A stretch of 63,455 bases of DNA, the filler included, from Chiloscyllium plagiosum (lineage: Eukaryota), in the NCBI RefSeq assembly GCF_004010195.1. It is 4 parts of one record of this genome, joined end to end, with 100 filler letters (N's around TTAATTAATTAA, not from the genome) between each part and the next. Parts side by side here need not be neighbours in the genome. Positions count along the whole stretch, not along the records: positions 43,750 to 58,626 come from NC_057711.1; positions 58,727 to 63,455 come from NC_057711.1; 2 more parts are not named here. One strand, given 5' to 3'. A program made the position numbers and the translations under genes. The notes under the pieces are model-generated. The model ran no database searches and was not told where the DNA came from. It saw only the letters and a program-made list of their open reading frames with translations. Below, one piece after another: positions 53,753-63,455 of this stretch; the first letter of the stretch is position 1; each line of letters begins with the position of its first letter.

Positions 53753-55853
53753 TTACAGGGGAAAGTCGTAGATAGTCTTGCGACTCATTACCCGTGATGT
53801 CGCATGTAACGTGTGCTGGTTTTGGAGCGTACCCTCTAGCTGGGCAGTTTCAGCTGGAGGGCGGTCCAGCATCACCGCCTGGTATGCGGGCGAGGAGGCA
53901 TCTGTTCCTGATAGGGCACGATCAATAGTGCGTGTCACCAGTGTCCTGATACACGGAATGCAGCAACACCCGCAAGTGACAAGAATGGCCACTGAGATGC
54001 ATACCCCCATGGCCAGCTGCCCCAGCAGAGTCCCCCATCTCCCAAAAGTGGCGTTCAGCCAGTCAACGACTGGATTTTTTACCCCCGATTGGTGCTTCAG
54101 CTCAGTAGCCAGGGCTCGGAGCTTCACCAGGGTCTTAGTGAGTTTGCCATCTGGGCCTGTGTTGTTTGATATGGCTGTACAGCACATGGTCCCAAACAGT
54201 GCACAAACACCTCCCTTTTCGGCAAGTAACATGTCCAAAGCCATCCTATTTTGTAAGGTCATGAGGGAGGACTGTGCAAGCTGTTCATGGATGGCGTCAA
54301 CTGCATCCCGGGTTAGGTTGGTAAGCCTCTGCATATTGTAGTGGAGGAGGTTGATTCTGTTAACGTTTTTATTAATCGTGATCAGGAAAATGGCGGAAAA
54401 AAGGGGAAAACTTTCAAAACCCGCAGCAATCTCATCCACCAGCTTGTATTTGTTGGGGATATTTCTGGCCTGCCCAATGGCATCAATCCAGACCCCATCC
54501 GAATTCTTGAAATCCAACAGCGGGTCAACAGCCCGTCTGTGTCGGGTCAGAGAGGCGAGCCCAGGCGGGGGCTCGTGGAGGGTGTAATCTCCCGGGGCCC
54601 GCGGGGAGATGAAAAGCGGGATATTGAGGGTGACCAGGACACAGCTCCCTTCCCAATTTAGGGGCAACCAATTGTACAGAACCCGTCCCCCGCAGTACCA
54701 CCACAGTTCCGCGCGGCTCACTGTTAGTGCTGCCGCTCGGCTTCCTGTAAGCACCCAGGTTCTGCTGCAGCTTGCCCTGTCTACGCTGCCAACTGGATAT
54801 CCTCGGGTAAGTGGTGTGGGGTTGATGAAGCAGATGAAGTTTACTAGCGGGTGCACAACGAAGTCAGGAGGGGTAACGTTTGCCGGTGCCATCGGGAAGT
54901 ACTGTTCCCATGACCTGCACTTCAATGTAGGGTTAGTCTCGGACATTAGCCCATGTGGCCGTCTTCAAATGGGGTCCTACTCATTATCAGGCCGGGCTGC
55001 CCCCCCGCACAAACCCAGCAGTGGTCGTGGCCTGCCTGCCATGAAAACTGGATGAGTCGATCCAGCCAGGTATTTGTCTCCATGTAGCCAGTGGCAGGTG
55101 CGATCTGCTCTCGGGGATCAACCAGCTTAGTCAGTTTGCGCGATTCAAACTCTGTAACTATACCAGGCACAGGCCAGGGGGGGTGGTTATCCCGGTCGAA
55201 CGGGACCCCCAGCTGGTCCTGGGCAGAACCAGGCATTCCCAGATTTATTCGGATAATCCCCTCCGGGTCTTTCCCCGTGACCGCAACCCCAATTGCCAAA
55301 TAGAGGATTTTCGCGCGGGCTGCACCCGACTGGTCAGATTCGTGCCCCCGTGCCCAACAGGTGTCACTGGACCACCCTGTCATGATCATGGGATTGGAGA
55401 TCATGGGCTTGACTCGGAGAAGCAAAGGGTTCTTACGAGCTTGCGAGCTTGCGAGCCAGAGACTCGCCCTCTCCTGAGGGAGAGTTTTCTGCTAAAGTCC
55501 AAGTATTCTGCTCGTATCGGGGTGCTGTTGTAAGCCTGCCCCCACCAAACATCATCCCAGGAGGCACACATGCGGCGCTTATGGATGTCCTTCGGATATC
55601 CGTAGCATTTGTGCAAGATGCGGGGGGCGCATGAGCAAGGACACATGTATACACTGTAAGCCGTCCATCCCTCCTCTGAGTCAGTCCCCCCACAGTCTAT
55701 CACATCGCACAGATCGAACTGGAAAGTCTTATCCTGCGCGGGGTCTGCGTGTAAGGTAACCATTGCTCCACATGAATCCCTTGAAACCTGCACGGACAGT
55801 CTTACCACTAGGCAGCAACCCAGCCAGTTCAGGAGTCTGTTACTTTCCCTCAT
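53753..55853 (-). pseudogene. env: ERV env (gamma-type SU/TM) with two frameshifts
   Basis: ATG at 55853 followed by a signal-peptide-like stretch; FDLCDVIDCG; CWVC (CXXC); furin site RHRR; immunosuppressive domain LQNRMALDMLLAEKGGVC; CX6CC (CALFGTMCC); hydrophobic anchor and CGCCCIPC tail. Split over ORFs 55401-55886, 54946-55425 and 53753-54946. Confidence 0.95.
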
Positions 55854-56866
55854 TTTCCAGCTCCTTGTCGGACGCGACGTCCGCAACCGGAGTCAGAGTA
55901 GTGTTAGGCTTTCCTGACCTGGAGCAGTGAGAGAAATGATGCCAGTTATTGTCCCCCTCCCGGTTCACCCTCAAGGCGTTGGCTGCGACCCCCGTCACTG
56001 GGTAGGGGCCATCCCACCGCCCCTCGTCCCAGGTCGTACGGCCCATCTGCCGGAGGTAGACCTTATCCCCCTCTCGAAGGGGTCGGGACCTATCGGGGGT
56101 GTCCGGCCGTGCAGCCGTAACCTGGTTGGATATTAGCCGGACCATTTCGCCCAGTACTTGCATGTACTGTGTCATGTCCTGATTCATTGTATCCCAATCT
56201 GTTTCCCACAGGGGTGATGTTCGGGGGCCAGGCATGGAGCGACCTGTCAGGATTTCATGGGGTGTCAGGAAGGTATCGCCACTCCTTTCCTCATTGACAG
56301 CAAGGCTAGGGGGAGTGCCTGCACCCACGTCAATGCAGTCCCTGCCATGACCTTGGCAATCTTGTCTTTAAGCGTGCGATTGGCCCTCTCTACTAACCGC
56401 TGACTCTCAGGGTGATAGACACTGCCGTAGCGGTGAAGTATCCCTAGAGTAGCCTCCACCCGGGCAAGATGTTCGTTTTTAAAATGTGTCCCATTGTCTG
56501 TGCAGATTTTTCGGGGGACACCATAGCGGGGAATCAGTTCCCTTGTGAGCCACTTCACAACAACTTCCCCATCCTCCGTCTTTGTAGGAGTTGCCTCCAC
56601 CCACCGGGAGAACCTATCCACTGCGACTAGCATGTATCTGTATTTCTCTGGGGTCCTCCATTTGACAGGAGAGCCCTTGGGGCCACTACCTCTCCTCCCG
56701 GGGATCGCCAAAGGGGCTGTTGAGACCCTTCGACCTCCACATACTGTCGGACTGTGCCTTTATTCTCCCATTCCCTGACCTCAGCACTGCTCGCCCGTCC
56801 CTGCAGCTCATACAGATGCCTAATGGCATCAACCCTAGCCGCCTCTCCAGGGGAATCACTGCTACC
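55840..56866 (-). pseudogene. pol: ERV integrase region with internal deletion and frameshift
   Basis: [41 protein letters not shown] and C-terminal RWDGPYPV. The HHCC zinc-binding domain and the first catalytic Asp are absent (deletion near 56660). Frameshift near 56285. Confidence 0.92.
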
Positions 56867-57780
56867 CTACCCCGGCCCCGGACTCTGTTGGGTGTCTGTC
56901 CCTGACCTCAGGGTGACCATCTGTACTGCGAGCTTGGCTGCCCTGTCAGCTGCATCATTCCCCAGCGCTTCCCTGGTACGTAAGGCAGAGTGTCCTTGCA
57001 CCTTCACTACTGCCACTTCCCTTGGACGATGCACTGCCTGGAGCAACCGTCGCAAACTCTGGTCGTGTTTTACCGGCCTCCCCGTGCTGGTTTTAAAACC
57101 ACGTCTAACCCATGCTGTGCCCTCTACGTGGACTGCGGTCCATGCATAATTGGAGTCAGTGAAGATGTTAACTCGGCGTCCCTCACTCAGTTCTAATGCC
57201 CTTGCCAGGGCTGTAATCTCTGCTAGCTGTGCAGATGCAGGCTGTGGGATTTCCCCAGACTCAATGGTGTCGTATACCTCCCCTGAATCTCTGACCACGG
57301 CATACGAGGCTCGTACGCCGCCTGTTTCCCGACGGCTGCTGCCATCAGTGTACAGGTCCCAGTCTGCCTCGGCCAGGGGTTCTGTGTGCAGCCCCTTACG
57401 TATCCTCCTCTCCTCAGCCACCCTGGCCACACAGTCGTGGGGCTTCAAGGATCCCCCATTCACTCCTACCATCATATTCCTAGTACTCCCCCTATCGGAT
57501 GCAAACGTAATGTGCGGTGACAGAAGGGCATTCTCAATTCTAACCTGCCGCCCAGCTGAAAAGCTGAATGAGTTGGAGGCCAGAAAGGCTCCAATGCTGT
57601 GATCGGTGTGAATAGTTAAGGGATGGCAGAGTACTAGATGGTCAGTGTTGTTGACCGCTTTCGTTACTGCTGCCACAAATCTGGCACAGCCTGGCTGTCC
57701 TGTCTCAATGGGCTCTAAATGGCAGCTGTAATACCCCAGCACTCTCCTGCAGCCTCTTTTGGTAGAGGACGGCGTTTACT
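56867..57780 (-). pseudogene. pol: ERV pol tether/connection and RNase H
   Basis: LYTDGSS, SAQLAEITAL, VNIFTDSNYA, VVKVQGH, GNDAADRAAK. In-frame TAG at 56867-56869. Confidence 0.93.
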
Positions 57781-58004
57781 CCCGGTGGTCTGAGGAAGAG
57801 TGCTGACGGTGCCCAGGAGAATCTTGCAGTCCCCTGGCCCTCAAAGCGACACCCCCCAATAGACCCCCTATGATTCGAGGAAAAGTGTGTGGGGAGAATT
57901 TCCTATTTCTGATTGACACAGGGGCATCTGCCTCCACAATTACTAAATTACCAAGGGGCCTGACCCTCTCGGGCAGGATACTGGAGACTGTGGGATTCTC
58001 GGGG
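57781..58004 (+). pseudogene. pro: Inverted gag-end/protease fragment embedded in pol
   Basis: Plus strand reads RWSEEEC*(TGA CGG)RCPGE...PMIRGKVCGENFLFLIDTGASASTI...ETVGFSG, with an aspartic-protease DTG motif and flap, opposite in orientation to the rest of the provirus. Left junction approximate. Confidence 0.88.
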
Positions 58005-58626
58005 AGGCGATTGTATGTGTACCGCTCTCCCTCGAAGGTGAAGGCAAACCACTCCTGACACTCTGGGTGCAGTGGAAGGCAGAAGAAAGCGTTAGCCAGG
58101 TCTATGACAGAGAAAAAGCGGCTGGCAGGCGTGAGCGCCTGCAGTGCAACGTAGGGGTCAGGGACCTTAAGGTTTAAAGTCTCCGTGGCTTCATGTATCC
58201 TTCGGAGGTCATGGACCATGCGCCACCCCTTGCCCATCCCCTTGGAGACGGGAAGGATTGGCGTATTCCAGTGTCCCCCCTTCACTTTCCTAAGGACCCC
58301 CACTTCTAACAGTCCCCTGATTGTTGGGCGAATCCCTTCCCTCTGTTCTAAGGTGAGAGGATATTGTGTCACCCAGATGCAGCGTTTAACAAAAGGTTTC
58401 AGCTGCAGGTGGACTGCCCCGTCCAGTTGGCCAGTGTCCTGTGGGTGTACCGTCCAGAGGACGGGGTCTATATCACGCAGCAGCTGTGCCGCTTTCCAGT
58501 GGTCAACATTATCCAAAAGGAGGGACCTGTCCACCGCCATTTTTTCGTAAATCCCTTCTTCTAGCACATCGATGGGGCGTCTCTGGAAGCAGCCATCCAG
58601 TGACACCTCATCGAGGCCTTCTCCTA
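58001..58626 (-). pseudogene. pol: ERV reverse transcriptase N-terminal half
   Basis: QYPL, WNTPILPV, WRMVHDLR, FSVIDLANAFF, FAFTFEGERYTYNRLP. Ends before the QG and YxDD motifs. Confidence 0.93.
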
Positions 58627-61296
58627 NNNNNNNNNNNNNNNNNNNNNNNNNNNNNNNNNNNNNNNNNNNNTTAATTAATTAANNNNNNNNNNNNNNNNNN
58701 NNNNNNNNNNNNNNNNNNNNNNNNNNTGCTGCCTGACCTGCTGTGCTGTTCCAGCAATAAAGTTTCAGCTTTGATCTCCAGCGTCTGCAGACCTCACTTT
58801 CTCCTCGATCAATACATCATGCCAATCAGGATTCCAGCCGCAGTGATCTACATGTGACAGATAATCTGTGAGGAATGTCAGGCAATTATCACAAGTTTAC
58901 TTAAGGAATTCGTCAGTCCTCACATCCATCACAATGAAGCCTCATATTAGGCCGTCACACATAGCGGCACGGAGTGTTTCCAAGGAGTCATTGTTATGTG
59001 TAAATAAGGAAGTCTGAAGTATAATATTATCCATTTATGCTTTGCACAACCAAAGTTTTCAAGTTACATTGGGATTAGAATTCTGCTAGTAAAGCACATT
59101 AAACCCCCAGAACTAAAATGCTCCCTTCCACATCCTAGCCATGTCCTTTCACACTGACATTTCAGTGTGAGAACTCTGCCAACCATGAAGTATTATTATC
59201 CAGTGCTTGCTTTGAACTGTGTTTGGGAAATGGAACTTCAGGTTCTGCTTTGAAGTGCCTTTGGCTGATTACAGTTGTATCTTTGACATGGCAAGGAGGT
59301 GATTAGTGCACAGAATGTGATGCTCACAATACGTGAGGCTAAGATTTAGAATGTGTACATTCTTGGACAATGAAGGTCTTGCTGATGAAGTGAAAACTGA
59401 AGCCATTTGGATGGCAATACTGAATCAGTGGAGGCAGAATTATTAGGAGTACTCGAACTTCAAACATTTAACTTTGTTCTAAAGAACAAAATAGTGACTT
59501 ACTCCACCCACTGTAACCAGTGTGAGCTATTTTGTTCAGTAATTGCTTAGTTGGTTCTTGTGACAAAGTTTCAGCTTCATGTTGTTATGAATGAGTTGCA
59601 TGCTCCACCTGGGACGCAGAATATTCTCCCATCCTTCAAGCTCCCTTTCATGTATCCCTATTGCCCTCATAATCTTTCAGTCTCCCTGTTTCTGTTGAAT
59701 CCCTTCAAATTTCATTTAATATGCCCAATTTGAGCCCATGACTTTGGAAAGTCCCACATCCTTGATGGCCCTATAACCTGATGCAGATTCCAGAGTGGCC
59801 ATAAACTGCAAAGTGTTCCCCTCTTCCTGAGCTACCAACCCCATCCTATTGTCTATGAGGTCCTATTCCTCCATCTAGAATAGCTTGTTTTGACAGTCAG
59901 AATCCACTTATTTCCAGATTTGACTTTCCGATGTTCCCCAAGACTTTCCCCGTGGATTACCTCCAATGATTATTGAGCAAAGCCCCAGGATTAGCCATGG
60001 CCCACTTCCTGGACTGACTTGGCAGGGCAGCCCTGACTGAATACAGCCTAGACCCAGAATGATGTCTCCACAGCATCTCGACTGACCTACCTGTAATGTT
60101 TGTACAGGCTGTACCTGACTTGCAGGACAGACCATGGCCCAACCCTGGATGCATCCCCACTCTCTGGTAGATCCAAATACCTGATGACCATGGCAAACCC
60201 TAGGCTTGAAGCAGATGATCCCTTTGATTGACTGTGGTAGCATTCCCTAACTCACTATAGTACCCCTTCAGTCCACAAAGGGGTGCCCCCCTTTGATTTT
60301 CACAAGTGGCTATTTGTTTGAAGCACAGGTACTGTATTTGCTGGGTAGGTGACTGGCACATGCTACAGGCGTGACACTGACGTAACCCATTGCCAGACAA
60401 CATCATAACCACCCCCTAGACTGTACAGTTCTCCCCACTGTGACAGGCTACCTCGCCTCTTCTTCCGTGCTAAAAGATAATGCAAGCTGTAGAGGCAGTC
60501 TTCCCACTCAGACTGGTCGCCTGTTAGGTAGTGCTGAAGTCAGTGAGGGTGTGCTAAGAAAGCAATGTGATGAGTAGAGTGCCTCCATGAGGGGGCACAT
60601 GAAGTCAGTGAGGACTAAGAAAGTAAGATATGAGCCATGCGATGCATTCTGTATGCCCCCAAGTGCAAAATGCCCTGGCAGAGGAATGCAAGTTGTAGGT
60701 GACCCTGAGATCCAAAGTGTTGCAGTGTTGGAGTGGTGTCTGAATTGGTCAGAAGGTAGGCATGGTGCTGTGATGTGACTGCTGACCTGAATGAGGGATC
60801 GAGGGAGATTGCATCCACGAAGCGTGTAGGGACATTGCCGTAAAGAAACAGTAGATGATGGTCAGGATGAGCATTTGACGAGCTGCAGTTGCCAGGTGCC
60901 TGCACTGACTTACATGTCAGGAATTCAAACTGTTTAGTTTCTTGGGGAAGTAGATGGAGAACTGAAAGCATCAAATAAATAAGGTGATTTGGGGTTTTAA
61001 TGGGAGGCAAATGCATGGAAATATGTTTGTCAATGCTCACTAATGAGATTCTGAAGTTGCCATTTAAGGGTTAAGAGGCAAATAGTAAAACGTTTCTTTG
61101 ACATTGAGATTCTGATTTTTTTTTTATCTTCTCTGTACCTTCCCAACTATTTTTACTGTTGTTCACATCATACCAAGAAAATGGAAAATAAGTAGAAACT
61201 AAAAAGGCCAAATAAAATATACTTTTAAGTCTTTACATCAACAGCAAGTTGAGATGCTATTCACAAACTTATCTAACAGTATTACAGTAAATAATA

Positions 61297-61469
61297 GGAG
61301 ACAGCGAGGTCTGCAGATGTTGCAGATCAGAGTTGAGAGCTTGTTGCTGGAAAAGCACAGCTGGTCAGGCAGCATCCGAGGAGCAGGAGAATCAACATTT
61401 CGGGCCAGAGCCCTTCATCAGAAATGAGCAGCCCGACCTGCTGTGCTTTTCCAGCAACATACTCTCAAC
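61297..61469. mobile_element. Palindromic Penelope-related insert with 15-bp TSD
   Basis: TTACAGTAAATAATA at 61282-61296 and 61470-61484; partial inverted arms. Confidence 0.75.
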
Positions 61470-63094
61470 TTACAGTAAATAATACTTTATTCAATCTGTA
61501 TTACTGCAATAATTATTCAGCATTAGAATATCTGTGCAAAATTAATGGCGATTGCATTGCAACACCAGGCAATGCATTTTATGAGCTGGGAAAGATGAAG
61601 TGTTAACAACATTCTTAAATGTACATCTGTTTATAAGTTTGACAACTAACATTATTTTAGGATTGCAGCAAGAACATTATCAGCTGATTAAATAGCTAAT
61701 GAAGAGAGGCGAAGACCTCCATCTGACCCTGGCTGGTATGGGTTAAAACAGTGACCAGATAGATGCCTTTTGGCATGAAGCTCCTCTTCAGCAGAAGGAA
61801 GGATATTGCTGCACTGACTGCCTGCTTAACAATAGTTTCATGTCCCTAGGGAACTTTCTGCAAATAGATTTCATCTCGCTTTCTCTTGTACTCCTTAAAA
61901 CTTCCTGTTTTCTCACGGTCCTTTTGGACAGTACACAGACTTGCTCCCTCTCTCTTTGAGAACACAGAAACCTCTCCAAAAGAATTCATAATGAAAAAAG
62001 CAGCATTGTTTTGTAATCTTCTATTCCCGGAGATTTTAATCCTTGAGATTTGCAACTATATTTAGAATTTTGATGGTCCCTTCTTGCCATGAATTGTAAG
62101 ATCATACAAACTTAAACTAGTTAAATTACAGATGGTTGAAATTGTACTTTAACTATTTTTATTCAGGTAAATGTGCAAATTTCAGTGCAAATTTTCAAAG
62201 CAAGGTTAAAGGGTTCAGTCTTGTCTGAAATTGATGTTTCTCAAGCCTGATATCCTCAGGTGTATATCTTCAGTAATTTATCAATATTAGTAAAATAACA
62301 GTTCCTCAGTAACATCTTAGTATTAGTAATATAGTAGTAATAATGTTGCCTCAGTGTCATATCAGTACTTTCTCCCTTTGTACAAGTTTTCCGTCTCTCA
62401 TAAAGCAACATTTTCTAGACAGCTCTTAAAAATGGTATTCCATAAGTAACCATTAGGAGGTGGTCAAACATGCATCTGTTGACTCCTCTATGATGCTTCC
62501 TGAATTGTAGAAAGGTTCCTGATGTGTTATCAGTGTCTCTTCTGAGACCTGATGTTTGGGAAATTGACATGGATTTCAGTCATTTTTAGATCAATCATTA
62601 AATACAATGTATCAGTTGGTGATATTTCAACTTGTTTGTATTTCAAACAATTAGAACTAAAACTACATAAAAACAAAGTGCTGGAGAAACTCTGCAGATC
62701 TGCCAGCATCTGTGGAAAGAGAAAGAGAGTTAACTTTTGAGTACAGTATGACTCTTCTTCAATTCCTACTGTATTCCTCAGAAACTTTCTGTTTTTATTT
62801 CAGATCTCCAACATCCTCAGTATTTTGCTTTTATTTAGAGACTAACATTGTTTGGTTTTATTCTGATTATAAATTAACTCAGAGATTGAAACTACTAGGA
62901 AAGTGCCACCTCCATCTCACTTTAAGCCCTTAGCTGGTTTGCTCAGGTCTCTCGATCTATAACACTCAAGCTCAATGTGAACTGAACCTTCCTCCAGGGC
63001 TGTTGGGTGTGGGGGTGATTTCTGTCTCTGGCTCAACTTGCTATTGCTCATTTTCCTGGGTGATAACCCATGAGAATTACCTGACTCCTGGCAA

Positions 63095-63455
63095 TACCTC
63101 AGATTACAACAGCATCTGGACCAGATGGGCCAATGGGCTGAGAAGTGGCAGATGGAGCTTAATTTAGATAAATGTGAGGTGCTGCATTTTGGGAAAGCAA
63201 ATCTTAGCAGGACCTATACACTTAATGGTAAGGTCCTAGGGAGTGTTGCTGAACAAAGAGACCTTGGAGTGCAGGTTCATAGCTCCGTGAAAGTGGAGTC
63301 GCAGGTAGGTAGGATAGTGAAGAAGGCGTTTGGTATGCTTTCCTTTATTGGTCAGAGTATTGAGTACAGGTGTTGGGAGGTCATTTTGCGGCTGTACAAG
63401 ACATTGGTTAGGCCACTGTTGGAATATTGCGCACAATTCTGGTCTCCTTCCTATC
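63095..63455 (+). mobile_element. CR1/HER1 LINE fragment running off the window
   Basis: Closely similar to the reverse complement of 43080-43450. Confidence 0.9.

Larger units (their letters stand above)
51697..58626 (-). mobile_element. Defective endogenous retrovirus, class I (gamma/epsilon-like); 5' part runs into an assembly gap
   Basis: Order on the minus strand: RT, RNase H, integrase, env, 1.3-kb 3' region, PPT, LTR. GC/CpG-rich compared with the flanks. Inserted into the 3' part of a plus-strand CR1. Confidence 0.95.

Noticed and set aside
59540..61080. Possible decayed DNA-transposon coding remnant (similar GC-richer blocks at 4640-5280, 12300-12830 and 47400-47960)
   Set aside because: No recognisable protein motif or terminal repeats that I can support by eye.
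58728..63455. ERV 5' LTR/gag and IQGAP2 exon 1
   Set aside because: I found no copy of the LTR, no continuation of the interrupted CR1 and no convincing exon 1 after the gap.

Overview
Repeat-rich vertebrate genomic DNA; the CR1/HER1 LINEs and HE1-type SINEs suggest a shark, which is an inference. It has four N-gaps. The only host coding sequence I can support is one 100-bp exon on the minus strand (26208-26307) matching IQGAP2 exon 2, so the rest is probably intron 1 (right) and intron 2 (left). The largest distinctive feature is a defective class I (gamma/epsilon-like) endogenous retrovirus at 51697-58626 (-). It has a 752-bp 3' LTR, a PPT, a 1.3-kb post-env region with candidate accessory frames, a nearly reconstructable env, and a pol whose RT catalytic core is replaced by an inverted copy of its own gag-stop/protease segment. 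Also present: many short palindromic Penelope-related inserts with 10-15-bp TSDs carrying minimal hammerhead-ribozyme-like motifs, a full-length diverged 5S rRNA copy, two solo LTRs, and two minisatellites that grew inside mobile elements. Most long ORFs in the ORF track are tandem-repeat artefacts. I found no demonstrably new system; the ERV 3' region and the hammerhead-bearing inserts are the best leads.
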